From Kiritimatiellia bacterium (GTDB taxonomy: Bacteria; Verrucomicrobiota; Kiritimatiellia; JAAZAB01), in the NCBI GenBank assembly GCA_040767085.1, contig JAXGPF010000009.1, positions 64,001 to 128,000 of the forward strand: DNA of 64,000 nucleotides, written 5' to 3'. Below, piece by piece: positions 36,969 to 46,625 of this stretch (position 1 is the stretch's first letter; every line of letters starts with the position of its first letter). Below the pieces are notes generated by a model. That model saw nothing but the letters and a program-made list of their open reading frames with translations, did no database searches and was not told the origin of the DNA. Both the position numbers and the translations under genes were made by a program.

Positions 36969-39230
36969 ATGCAAAAAAATCATCCCTTCAACAATCCGCT
37001 TTACGGCGATGAACGCAATCCTCAAATTCTGCGCATGGCGCAGGACGTCCATGCCTTTGCCAGCCCCCTGAAGCCATTCCGGGCCCTTTCCGGCGAAATC
37101 CTCTGCGGCGAATCCTGGCGCCTGGAATGCCCCAACCGCGCCTGGCGGCATTGTCTGAATGACTTCGCCGGTTTCCTGGACCGGATGGGATGCGCCCGTT
37201 CCAGCCGGGCCGCCACCCGGCTGCGCCTGGCAAAGCAGGCAGTCCCCGGCGGCGGCGCGGTGATTGATGTCGCACCCGCCGGCATTGATATCGCCTGCAC
37301 GGACCTGCATGGCGCCTGGCGGGCAATTGTCCGGCTGGAACATGAAATGGCCTGGCGCCATGCGCCGATTCTGCCGGCGGGGCGGATCGTTTTGCCGCCC
37401 CCGGCGGCGGAGCGCATCACCACCAGCCTGTTCGCGGCCGGGCTGGAAGACCCCGCCGACCCGCACGCTTACACGGCGCCATACCTGCGCAGCATGGCCC
37501 ATTATGGTTATGACGGTTTTTTCCTGTATATCAACCTCTGGGATTACACCGCCAGCCGGATTTTGCCGGAAATGAATGCCCCGCGCGCCGGTCAAAAACT
37601 CGCCGCGCTCGCCGCCCTGGCCGGCCGGGCGGAAGCGGCCGGCCTGAAAATTTACCTGCTGCCGGCGGCGCCGGGTTTGCCGGCGGATCATCCGGCGCTG
37701 CAAGCCCATCCCGCGGCCGCCGGCGGCACGGTGGGCAGCGCGCGCCGGCGCGCCCTCTGCCCGTGCGCGCCGGCTGTGCGCGCTTTTTACGCCGAGCAAC
37801 TGGAGCGGTTATGTTCCATCCGTCCGGCTTTGGGCGGACTGATCTTCATCATCGGCGGCGAAGGATTCCGGCATTGTTATTCCACGCCGATCCCCCGCAC
37901 CGAACGCGTCACCAATTGTCCCCGCTGCGCGCGCCGGGGCCCGGCCAAGGCGCTGGCGCCGATGTTCAACGCCATGACGGCCGCGATCCGGCGGGCCGCG
38001 CCGGAGACGCGCGCCGTTTACTGGCCCTACTCCAGTATTATCTGGCAGGTTAAAAGCCATGGCGCATACCGCTGGGAAGAGGACCTCGCCCTGATCAGAC
38101 AACTTGACCGCCGAGCCGTCTGGATGCTGGAAATCGAAAAAGATGCTCCTGCCTCCATCGCCGGGGTCGGTCCGACGCAGGTTTACGATTACAGCATTCA
38201 ATACATCGGTCCCTCGCCTAAATTCAAGCTGGAACGTCAGGCGGCGCGCCGGCGCGGGCTGCCCATCGCGGTTAAAACCGAGACCACCCAGACCATCGAA
38301 TTATTTGCCCTGCCCTATATCCCCGTCATGGGGCGCTGGGCGGCGCGCCGGGAAGCCATCCGCCGGACGGCGCCGGCCCTGATCATGGATACCTGGCGCT
38401 TGAACGGCTTCTGGCAGGCGCCCAGCGTGGAATTGGCTTACTGGCAGGCGGAACCGCACAATTTCACGCCGGACCGCGCGCTGCGGCGCGTCGCCTGCCG
38501 GTTGTACGGCGCGCGGGCCGCCGATGCGGCGCTGCGCGCCTGGTCGGATTTTTCCGCGGCCTGGGAAACCTCCCATGCGCGTTATGGCACCTACTGGGAT
38601 GGGCCGCTGGTGCTGGGTCCCGCGCACCCGTTTGACATCGGCACGGCGTTCCTGTCGCGGCCTTTCTATTCTCCGGCATTCTATCACCCCTCTCCCGCCA
38701 TGCGCGAACATGGCAACGAAGCCGCCTTGCGGGATCCCTGGCGCCTGCGCCCGAAATTTCATTTGATGCCCGGCCGCTGGGCCAGGGCGCGCCGCCGTGA
38801 TTTCGGACGCGCCGCCGCCCGCTGGCGCAAAGGCATGCTGCACCTGCGCCGCGCGCTGGACTGCACGCCCCGTCCGCTTTACCAGCGCGCGCGCGATGAT
38901 TATGAAATGGCCGAGATGGTCGGCATCTTCCTGGAGGCGGACCTGGCGTTCAACACCTTTGCCTGGCAGCGCGACATGCTTAACCAGACTTACGTCACCA
39001 GCCCGGCCTACCGCCGCCGCCTGCGGGAGATTGCGGCCATTCTGGAAGCCGACCTGGTCCGCAGCCGGCGCGGATTGGAAATTGCCGAACGCCAGCCTTT
39101 CATCGGCTGGGGTTATACTTTTGGCACGCGCTTTACCGCCGCCATGATTGCGGAAAAAATTAAAAAGACGGAGGGACTCCTGGCCAAAGTCAAAACCTGC
39201 ATCGCCGGCAAAACCGCGCTGCTGGTGTAA
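36969..39230 (+). CDS. Large hypothetical protein, possibly glycoside hydrolase-like (start uncertain, 36870 or 36969)
   Basis: Long ORF with host-like codon use; N-terminal IDIACTDLHGAWRAIVRLE, barrel-like YGYDGFFLY, FIIGGEG, Cys cluster LCPC/HCY/NCPRC. Confidence 0.55.
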   Translation: MQKNHPFNNPLYGDERNPQILRMAQDVHAFASPLKPFRALSGEILCGESWRLECPNRAWRHCLNDFAGFLDRMGCARSSRAATRLRLAKQAVPGGGAVIDVAPAGIDIACTDLHGAWRAIVRLEHEMAWRHAPILPAGRIVLPPPAAERITTSLFAAGLEDPADPHAYTAPYLRSMAHYGYDGFFLYINLWDYTASRILPEMNAPRAGQKLAALAALAGRAEAAGLKIYLLPAAPGLPADHPALQAHPAAAGGTVGSARRRALCPCAPAVRAFYAEQLERLCSIRPALGGLIFIIGGEGFRHCYSTPIPRTERVTNCPRCARRGPAKALAPMFNAMTAAIRRAAPETRAVYWPYSSIIWQVKSHGAYRWEEDLALIRQLDRRAVWMLEIEKDAPASIAGVGPTQVYDYSIQYIGPSPKFKLERQAARRRGLPIAVKTETTQTIELFALPYIPVMGRWAARREAIRRTAPALIMDTWRLNGFWQAPSVELAYWQAEPHNFTPDRALRRVACRLYGARAADAALRAWSDFSAAWETSHARYGTYWDGPLVLGPAHPFDIGTAFLSRPFYSPAFYHPSPAMREHGNEAALRDPWRLRPKFHLMPGRWARARRRDFGRAAARWRKGMLHLRRALDCTPRPLYQRARDDYEMAEMVGIFLEADLAFNTFAWQRDMLNQTYVTSPAYRRRLREIAAILEADLVRSRRGLEIAERQPFIGWGYTFGTRFTAAMIAEKIKKTEGLLAKVKTCIAGKTALLV

Positions 39231-39332
39231 GCATTATCAGCCACGCGCCCCCCCCCGGCAATTTTTTAATGGACAACCGTCCGATTATCGCCATAATGCC
39301 CCAAAACTTTATTTAGCAAGGAGTGGTCCACG

Positions 39333-39800
39333 ATGCAATTAACCGATGCCCAGAAAACGGCGGTCAAACAGTGGGTGGCCGACGGGTGCACCCTCGCGGA
39401 ACTGCAGCGCAAAATCAACGAGGAATTTAAACTATCCCTGACTTTCATGGACGTGCGCTTCCTGGTGCTGGACCTGAATCTAAAAATCAAAGACCAGGCC
39501 GCCGGCGGCGGCGCGGTGGATTTGTCCAAGGCGCCGCCCCAGCCGGCCGCCGCCGCGGCGGAAGCCGATGAGCCGCCGGCCGGAGGCGGGGTGACGGTAA
39601 GCCTGGACCGCGTCGTCAAACCCGGCGCAGTCGCCAGCGGACAGGTTGCTTTCAGTGACGGCGTCCGCGCCGATTGGATGTTGGACCAGATGGGCCGGCT
39701 CGGATTGAGCGCTACGCGCCCGGGTTACCGCCCCAGCCAGGAAGACTTGCATTCGTTCCAGGAAGAACTGGCCAACCTGCTGCAGAACCACGGCATGTAA
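39333..39800 (+). CDS. Hypothetical protein
   Basis: AGGAG RBS; MQLTDAQKTAVKQWVADG..FMDVRFLVLDL..KPGAVASGQVAFSDG..WMLDQMGRLGL. Confidence 0.75.
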   Translation: MQLTDAQKTAVKQWVADGCTLAELQRKINEEFKLSLTFMDVRFLVLDLNLKIKDQAAGGGAVDLSKAPPQPAAAAAEADEPPAGGGVTVSLDRVVKPGAVASGQVAFSDGVRADWMLDQMGRLGLSATRPGYRPSQEDLHSFQEELANLLQNHGM

Positions 39801-40022
39801 ACCCGCGGTGTCCAGGTTAACAGTTATGCAATCGGTTTGCGAGCATGTTTGATTCCTGGAGGGCGAACCTGCGGTGAGCCGATCGGGAGTAAGTTTTAAG
39901 GGTTACGGTTTTAAGGTTTTACGCCTGAAAACTGAATACTTTCCCCTTTGTGCCTCTGCTCCTTTGCCCCCTGCCCCTTTGCATCCCAATCGCGTCGAGC
40001 CGCCGCATCACAAACTTCGGTG

Positions 40023-40048
40023 GTAGGGCGGCCAGTCCCTTGGCCGCC
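40023..40048 (+). repeat. GTAG-type REP-like hairpin
   Basis: GTAG-GGCGGCCA-GTCCCT-TGGCCGCC; a near-identical interrupted copy lies at 18896-18939. Confidence 0.7.
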
Positions 40049-40079
40049 GCGTTCCGCATCAATCGCCTTCAACGCTGCG

Positions 40080-41207
40080 TCACAAACGCCCAAACAGCCT
40101 GTCCAGCATCCAGCGCACATGGCCGGCATTCAATGGCAGCGGATTGGCCTTGCCTGAGGCGGAAGCCAGCGTCTCGTTGACGATATCGTCCGTATCCCGT
40201 AATTCCAAGCCATCAAACGGATTTTGCACCGCCAGGCGGGCCAGCAGCGATGACGTCCACTCCCGCAAGTCGCCGCCTGCCAAGCGGCTTAATTCCTGGT
40301 AACGTCCGGAGATGGCATCCCGGTTGATTTCCAGCGCCAGCGGCAGGCAGACGCCGCAAACCTGGCCGTGGGGCACTTTGTAGCGGGCGCCCAGGGGATG
40401 CGCAATGCCGTGCACCACCCCCAACCGGGCGATTGAAAGCGCCAGCCCCGCAAAATAACTGCCCAAAAGCATGTTTTCCGCCGGATCGCCCGCGGTATCC
40501 GCGCGCGGCAAGGCAAAATCCTCCAGGTTGCCCGCAATCAGCCGGAAACCGCGCCGGGCAAAATCGTCGCTCAACTGCGAAGATGCATTGCAGAAATACG
40601 CCTCCACGGCCTGGGTCAGGGCGTCCAACCCGGCATGCGCGCGGACGCGGGGCGGACATGAATCCAGCAATCCGGCATCCAGCAGCACGAGGCTCGCCAT
40701 CATGTGGGGATGCCTGATTGATTTCTTCACCCCGGTGCGCAGGTTGGTCAGCACGGCGTTCATGGTGGCTTCCGAGCCCGTGCCGGCGGTGGTGGGCGCG
40801 GCGATGAACGGGACGGCGGGCGTTTCGATCGGCCGTCCGTCATGGTATTCCTCCACCGGCCCGTCCGCGCGCAACAAGCCGGCGCAAGCCTTGGCCGCGT
40901 CCATGACGCTGCCGCCGCCGACGGCGGCGATCCAATCCGCGCGCTCATGGCGGGCGGCCGCAAGCAAATCCGCCAGGTGTGCCAGCGTCGGTTCGCCGCC
41001 GGGATGTTCGGCGGCAAAGATATGCATGCCGGCCGGAATTTTGTCCAGAATCTGCCGCAGCGCGCCGGCGCCGCGCAGCGAAGCGCCATGCACCAGCAAT
41101 CCGCGCCGGCCATATGCCGCGGCCCGCGCGGCCAGTTGCGCGATGACGCCGCGTCCGCTGACCGTGCGCGCGGGCAGCGCCATATCGGGAGGAATGATTT
41201 TCTGCAT
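40080..41207 (-). CDS. Iron-containing alcohol dehydrogenase
   Basis: AVGGGSVMDAAK, PTTAGTGSEAT, DALTQAVE, VHGIAHPLG, PHG. Confidence 0.92.
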   Translation of the reverse strand: MQKIIPPDMALPARTVSGRGVIAQLAARAAAYGRRGLLVHGASLRGAGALRQILDKIPAGMHIFAAEHPGGEPTLAHLADLLAAARHERADWIAAVGGGSVMDAAKACAGLLRADGPVEEYHDGRPIETPAVPFIAAPTTAGTGSEATMNAVLTNLRTGVKKSIRHPHMMASLVLLDAGLLDSCPPRVRAHAGLDALTQAVEAYFCNASSQLSDDFARRGFRLIAGNLEDFALPRADTAGDPAENMLLGSYFAGLALSIARLGVVHGIAHPLGARYKVPHGQVCGVCLPLALEINRDAISGRYQELSRLAGGDLREWTSSLLARLAVQNPFDGLELRDTDDIVNETLASASGKANPLPLNAGHVRWMLDRLFGRL

Positions 41208-41239
41208 ACTTCGGCCCTTTCCGTGATATCCGCCGCGCC

Positions 41240-41590
41240 TCACGCGTAACACATAATCACCGCCAGCATTTCCAGCGGCGCGTTGCTTTCGTTGCGCACT
41301 GCATGCGTGCCGCCGCGGCCGGTCAGCACGGCGTCGCCGGCGGCGACGCGCACGGCCCGGCCGTCTTCTTCCACCACCCCTTCCCCGCTGACCACCACGA
41401 ACAATTCGTCTTCCCGCTCGTGGCAGTGGGGGCCGATGCCCGCCCCGGGCGGAATGATCAGGCGGGCGCACAGGCGTGTTTTCGCCTGGATTTCATCGGA
41501 ATTGAAGATGTGGCGGATGGAGACCGCGCCGGCCCCGCCCCGCATATTTTCCCTGACCTCGCTGCGCATTTCCGCGGCTTTGCGAATCAT
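41240..41590 (-). CDS. Cupin-domain protein
   Basis: PGAGIGPHCHEREDELFVVVSGEG, GDAVL..GGTHAVRN. Confidence 0.88.
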   Translation of the reverse strand: MIRKAAEMRSEVRENMRGGAGAVSIRHIFNSDEIQAKTRLCARLIIPPGAGIGPHCHEREDELFVVVSGEGVVEEDGRAVRVAAGDAVLTGRGGTHAVRNESNAPLEMLAVIMCYA

Positions 41591-41792
41591 GATTACCCCT
41601 GGTATTTCTTGATTTCCGATCAATGGCCGGCGGCAAAATATTATTGCGCGCGCCGTTTTTTTAATTATCATTAATTGAGTTCGCAGTCAATGTCGGAAGC
41701 GCCGATGTCGTAAACAAATGACTTGGCCGCATAATTAACAAATGATTTGTCCGCTTAAAGCTGTCAGGATGGTGCATTCAAAGGGGGGTTAT

Positions 41793-42977
41793 ATGGATGA
41801 ATATCCGAAGGCAGCACTGGAGCGGGCAATGAAGGTACAGGAAGTGATCTTGCGTGCGATTGAAGGGCGGTTAATGTGGTGGGAGGCGGCGGAGATACTA
41901 GGTGTGAGCTACCGGACCATGCGGCGCTGGAAAGGGCGCTACGAGCGGTATGGTTACGACGGGCTGCTGGATCGTCGGCGGAAGATACCGGGGCCGCGGC
42001 GCGTGCCCCTTGCGACGGTGAAGCAGGTGCTGAGGTTGTACCGAGAAGAATACATGGATTTCAATGTGAGGCATTTTCACGAGAAGCTGCAGGCGGAGCA
42101 TGGGATCGAGCTCAGTTATCAGTGGGTCAAGAGCGCCTTGCAGACGGCCGGGTTGGTGGCGAAGGCCCGGAAACGAGGGCCGCATCGGCAGCAGCGGGAA
42201 CGGCGACCAATGGCGGGGATGATGTTGATGGTGGATGGCAGCACCCATGCCTGGTTGCCCCTGCTGGCGGGCCAGAAGCAGGATCTGATCCTGGTGATGG
42301 ACGATGCCACCAGCGAAGTCTACACGGCCTATCTTGTGCCCCAGGAAGGGACATTAACGGTGATGAAGGGGTTGAAAGAAGTCATTATTAAACATGGGGT
42401 TTTCTGCAGTCTGTACACGGATCGTGGCAGTCATTTCTTTTATACGCCCAAAGAAGGCGGGGCGGTGGACCGGCGTCAATTGACGCAAATTGGACGGGCG
42501 TTGCAACAGTTGGGGATCGAACATATTCCGAGCTATAGCCCCCAGGGACGTGGGCGAATAGAGCGGATGTTTAAGACCTGGCAAGGGCGCCTGCCGCAGG
42601 AATTAAGGCAGGCGGGAATCCGGACGATGGCCGAGGCCAACGTCTATATTCAACAACAGTTTCTGCCTTCCTTCAATCGCAACATGAAGGTGAAGGCGCG
42701 GGAAACAGGAACGTGTTTCGTGCCTTGCGGTGAGCAGGATTTGGACAGCATTTTCTGTGTGCAGCATGCGCGAGAGGTTCAAAATGACAATACCGTGGCT
42801 GTCGGGAGTCGCCGCTTGCAGATTGGACCATCAAAATGGCGTTTCAGCTTCGCCAAGTGCCGGGTTAAAGTCTGCGAGCACCTCGATGGCACGGTGTCCA
42901 TCCGTTATGGCCCGCATGTGGTTGGCCGCTACCAAGGACCGTTGAACATTTCGGCGTCGCTGGAGGACGTCGCATAA
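41793..42977 (+). CDS. DDE transposase (IS1202/IS481-like)
   Basis: HTH WEAAEILGVSYRTMRRW; MVDGSTH, VMDDATS, LYTDRGS, SPQGRGRIERMFKTWQGRL. Confidence 0.92.
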   Translation: MDEYPKAALERAMKVQEVILRAIEGRLMWWEAAEILGVSYRTMRRWKGRYERYGYDGLLDRRRKIPGPRRVPLATVKQVLRLYREEYMDFNVRHFHEKLQAEHGIELSYQWVKSALQTAGLVAKARKRGPHRQQRERRPMAGMMLMVDGSTHAWLPLLAGQKQDLILVMDDATSEVYTAYLVPQEGTLTVMKGLKEVIIKHGVFCSLYTDRGSHFFYTPKEGGAVDRRQLTQIGRALQQLGIEHIPSYSPQGRGRIERMFKTWQGRLPQELRQAGIRTMAEANVYIQQQFLPSFNRNMKVKARETGTCFVPCGEQDLDSIFCVQHAREVQNDNTVAVGSRRLQIGPSKWRFSFAKCRVKVCEHLDGTVSIRYGPHVVGRYQGPLNISASLEDVA

Positions 42978-42980
42978 ACT

Positions 42981-43006
42981 TTTTCCTCCCCCGCGGGGGA
43001 GGAAAA
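42981..43006. terminator. Perfect 26-bp palindrome after the transposase stop (possible terminator)
   Basis: TTTTCCTCCCCCGCGGGGGAGGAAAA. Confidence 0.6.
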
Positions 43007-43161
43007 TCCTCACCCCAGGAGCAACAACACACAATAACAAATCGGACAGATCACTTGTTACAAAAAGCGGACACTTGACTTGTTACGAACATGTCGGAAG
43101 CGCCGACGGCGCCCGGAGCGCGGCGGCATTTGTGTTGCATTCGAAAAGAAATGGAGACATT

Positions 43162-44607
43162 ATGCAAATCAAAATCAACCTTTATCCCGCAGCCGCCATC
43201 GTGGCCGCCGCCTGCTTGCTGGCAAATCCCTTCCCGGCGCGCGCCGCGGCTGCAGCTCAGGACGTTTCGCCGGAAACCCAGGCGCTGCGCCAGACTTCCA
43301 AGGCTTTCGCCGCCGTCGCCCGCCAGGCCATGCCCGCTGTGGTGTTTATCCGCGTGGAAAAAACCGTGACGCAGCCCGGCCTGCCGCAGGGATTGGATCC
43401 CAACGAACTGCTGGAACAGCTTTTCGGCATCCGCCAGCGGCGCGCGCCGGCGCCGGAACAGCGTTTACGCCAGGCCGGCACGGGCACCGGGTTCATTGTC
43501 ACCAAGGACGGCTACATCCTGACGAACAATCACATCGTCGGCGATGCCGACCGCATTACCGTGCGCACGCACGACGGCCGCGAGTTCCAGGCCGAACTGG
43601 TGGGCAGCGATCCGCGTTCGGAAGTCGCGCTGATAAAAATTCCAGGCGGCGATTTTCCGGTGCTGCCGATCGGCGATTCCGACGCGATTGAAATCGGCGA
43701 ATGGGTCATTGCCATCGGCAACCCATTCGGTTTTTCCGAAACCCTGACCGTCGGCGTGGTCAGCGCCAAGGGACGCAACAACATCGGCATCACCGACTAC
43801 GAGGATTTCATCCAGACCGACGCCGCCATCAATCCCGGCAATTCCGGCGGCCCGCTGTTGAACATCGAAGGCAAGGCCATCGGCATCAACACCGCCATCT
43901 TCAGCCAGATGGGCGGCTCGCTGGGCATCGGGTTTTCCATCCCTATCAACATGGCGATGAAAATCAAGGAGCAGTTGATGACCAGCGGCACAATCACCCG
44001 CGGCTTCCTGGGCGTGGTGCCCCAGGACCTGACCCCGGAACTGGCCGAACAGTTTAAGTGCCCGCAGTCCCGCGGGGTGCTGATATCCAGTGTGGCCAAG
44101 GGTTCCGCCGCCGAAAAGGGCGGCCTCCGCATCGGTGACATCATTCTCGAACTGAACGGCAAAAGCGTGGCCGGCGCCGGCGCTTTCCGCAATCAGATTG
44201 CCCTGACGGCGCCGGGCACGGCCATCAAACTGACCATCTGGCGGGATGGCAAACGCAGCGAACTCAAGGTCAAAGTGGGCAGCCAGGAAGGCGGGGCGGA
44301 AACGCCGCTGTCGCTGACCGCGATCAGCGAAAAAATCGGCCTGGTGCTGGAAGACCTCACGCCGCAGTGGTCGCAGCGGTTCGGCTACACCGAAAACGGC
44401 GTGCTGGTCACGCGCGTCCGACCGGACAGTCCGGCGGCGCAAGCCGGCATCCAGCCGGGCCACCTGATCACCGCGGTCAACCACCGCGAGGTGCGCAACG
44501 TGGAAGAATTCAACGCGGCTCTGGCGCAGTCCGCGCAATCCGGCATGCTGCTGCTGCTGGTGCGCGATCCGCAATCCTCCCGGTTCGTGGTGATCCCGCT
44601 GAAATAA
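43162..44607 (+). CDS. degP: Do/DegP (HtrA) periplasmic serine protease with two PDZ domains
   Basis: Signal peptide; GTGFIV, LTNNHIV, IAIGNPFG, IQTDAAINPGNSGGPL; PDZ RGFLGV, PDSPAAQAG. Confidence 0.93.
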   Translation: MQIKINLYPAAAIVAAACLLANPFPARAAAAAQDVSPETQALRQTSKAFAAVARQAMPAVVFIRVEKTVTQPGLPQGLDPNELLEQLFGIRQRRAPAPEQRLRQAGTGTGFIVTKDGYILTNNHIVGDADRITVRTHDGREFQAELVGSDPRSEVALIKIPGGDFPVLPIGDSDAIEIGEWVIAIGNPFGFSETLTVGVVSAKGRNNIGITDYEDFIQTDAAINPGNSGGPLLNIEGKAIGINTAIFSQMGGSLGIGFSIPINMAMKIKEQLMTSGTITRGFLGVVPQDLTPELAEQFKCPQSRGVLISSVAKGSAAEKGGLRIGDIILELNGKSVAGAGAFRNQIALTAPGTAIKLTIWRDGKRSELKVKVGSQEGGAETPLSLTAISEKIGLVLEDLTPQWSQRFGYTENGVLVTRVRPDSPAAQAGIQPGHLITAVNHREVRNVEEFNAALAQSAQSGMLLLLVRDPQSSRFVVIPLK

Positions 44608-44674
44608 ATTTGCCGGCGATGCAGATTTAATTTGACTCCGCCGCCATTTCGTATATCTTGTTGACTTTCCGACA

Positions 44675-44751
44675 CGGGGCGTAGCGCAGACTGGTAGCGC
44701 GTTTGGTTCGGGACCAAAAGGCCGAGGGTTCAAATCCCTCCGCCCCGACCA
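44675..44751 (+). tRNA. tRNA-Pro (anticodon CGG)
   Basis: Acceptor stem CGGGGCG/CGCCCCG, D stem GCGC/GCGC, anticodon arm TTTGG-TTCGGGA-CCAAA, T arm GAGGG-TTCAAAT-CCCTC, encoded CCA. Confidence 0.97.
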
Positions 44752-44764
44752 CTTTTCCTTAGAT

Positions 44765-44800
44765 AAAAGGCGAATTCACACGAATTCGCCTTTTTTATTT
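44765..44800 (+). terminator. Rho-independent terminator after tRNA-Pro
   Basis: AAAAGGCGAATTC-ACAC-GAATTCGCCTTTTTT. Confidence 0.85.
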
Positions 44801-44888
44801 CCATGTGTGTTGGTGGTTGTGTTGGTTTTGGGCTTGCATTTGTCCGGCCTGCGGCGTAGTGTAAAGGCATGTAATGGGAGGATCCATC

Positions 44889-46517
44889 ATGCCTCTGGAA
44901 CTACGCAAAAATCGGGATGGGACACTACGCCCCACTTTTTACGGACGCTTCACCGACAAGCACGGCAAGTTGAAGTGCATCAACCTGGGGATCCCTGTCC
45001 GAGGCAACCCGCCCAAGACCCTCCACGAAACAGGTGACAGGAATTTTGAGGATTCACGCAAGGACGCGGCACAAAAGCTCGCTGAGTACGTTGAGGAAGG
45101 CCGCACGATACGGCATCAGCGCTACTGGGCAGAGAAAGTCTATGAACTAAAAAGCGGCGGCAAGTTGACGTCGACGCCTTTGGAAAATTTCGCCGAGGCG
45201 TCATGGGCCTCCATTGACCACCGTAAGCACCACGTCTCCAAGTCCCACCATTATTATTTTTTGCTCGTTCTGAACCGCTTTACGCGCTTTATGCGGGATG
45301 CATTTCCAAAAGTGAAGGACGCTGCTGCCGTGAGGAGCGAACACGTTCGCGCTTTTATGCAGACGGAGGATAAGCGCGGGGTTTCGGTCCGCACCTGGAA
45401 TGGAACGCTCAGTATTCTGAAATCAGCCTTCCGTAATCTGGAGCCAAGTGCTGACGCCTATACGGCCTATTTGATGAATGCCAAGGGCCACACCCGGGAG
45501 ACAGTTCATCGGGAACCATTCAGCCCGGAAGAGATTAAGGCGATTCTGGAGGCGGCAAAGGGTGATGAACTCATGCGGCCGCTCATAACAACGGCGCTGT
45601 GTACCGCCATGCGGCGTGGCGACTGTGCCCTACTCCAATGGTCAAACGTCAACCTGACCGATGGTTTTATCACCGTTAAGACAAGCAAGACCGGGGAGAC
45701 GGTAGAAATTCCGATCATGCCGGCATTGCAGGAGGAACTGGTCCGGCTGCCCCGCGGATCGGACGTTTATGTTTTCCCCACAGCGGCAACCATCTATCGG
45801 CAGAACCCGGACGGGCTTAATCAGCGTTTGCGCGCAGTGCTGGCCAGGGCCGGGTTTGTTGACGCCGACACCGCCACCCGTGTGGAACATAAAACGCCCA
45901 AGCCGGCGTTGCCGGTTTTACCGCAGGCGGATGTCCGGCAGCACGGTCTGGAATGGATCGAGGGCGCCAATATGACCGCCGGAAAACGGACACGGCTGCG
46001 AACAGTGTTTTCTCTATACATGGACGGATGGTCCATGCCCCGTCTCGCACGCGAGCTTAACGTCAGCAAGGGAACTGTCTCCGGACACATCAGCGAGGTC
46101 GCCAAGGCCATCGGCACGGCCGTAGTGCGCGGTCAACCGGCCCGGCCATTGCCCAATTTGATTCTGGGGGTCACGCAGGCAAAAAATGGAGACGCACAAC
46201 GATGCAAGCGGGCAAACCTGCGTGGCTGGCACTCGTTTCGGACGACCTTCATCACCCTCGCGCTTTCCGCCGGGATGCCGATGGAACTGGTGCGGCGCGT
46301 GACTGGCCACACAACGGTTGAGGTGGTCCTCAAACATTACTTCCGCCCGGATCGTGAGGAATACCGGAAAGCGATGCAGGCTGCCATGCCGAAGCTGTTG
46401 ACGAACGGGAGCAAGACCCCGCAAGATGAAGCGCGGGAGATTCTCGATGGAATGACGGCAAAGACCTGGGAAGAGGATCGGACGCGCCTGCTGGCGATCT
46501 TGGACGGACGGGTATAA
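44889..46517 (+). CDS. Tyrosine recombinase/integrase with an internal HTH insertion
   Basis: Catalytic motifs TAMRRGD, VKTSKTG, WHSFR, TGHTT, HYF; GGAGG RBS. Confidence 0.9.
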   Translation: MPLELRKNRDGTLRPTFYGRFTDKHGKLKCINLGIPVRGNPPKTLHETGDRNFEDSRKDAAQKLAEYVEEGRTIRHQRYWAEKVYELKSGGKLTSTPLENFAEASWASIDHRKHHVSKSHHYYFLLVLNRFTRFMRDAFPKVKDAAAVRSEHVRAFMQTEDKRGVSVRTWNGTLSILKSAFRNLEPSADAYTAYLMNAKGHTRETVHREPFSPEEIKAILEAAKGDELMRPLITTALCTAMRRGDCALLQWSNVNLTDGFITVKTSKTGETVEIPIMPALQEELVRLPRGSDVYVFPTAATIYRQNPDGLNQRLRAVLARAGFVDADTATRVEHKTPKPALPVLPQADVRQHGLEWIEGANMTAGKRTRLRTVFSLYMDGWSMPRLARELNVSKGTVSGHISEVAKAIGTAVVRGQPARPLPNLILGVTQAKNGDAQRCKRANLRGWHSFRTTFITLALSAGMPMELVRRVTGHTTVEVVLKHYFRPDREEYRKAMQAAMPKLLTNGSKTPQDEAREILDGMTAKTWEEDRTRLLAILDGRV

Positions 46518-46625
46518 ATGTGATTTCGCGGGATTAAACTCAAAATCCAGGCAGGCCAAACACTTTGATCCCACGTCTTTGAAGACGGGTGCGGCCACTT
46601 TATCGAAGTATCTGATTAAGGCAGC

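Larger units (their letters stand above)
41706..43091 (+). mobile_element. Complete insertion sequence, IS1202 family (formerly ISNCY), with 15-bp target-site duplication
   Basis: TGT...ACA ends; each end has two copies of a AACAARTSA..TGKCCG-like unit; TGTCGGAAGCGCCGA duplicated at 41691-41705 and 43092-43106. Confidence 0.9.
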
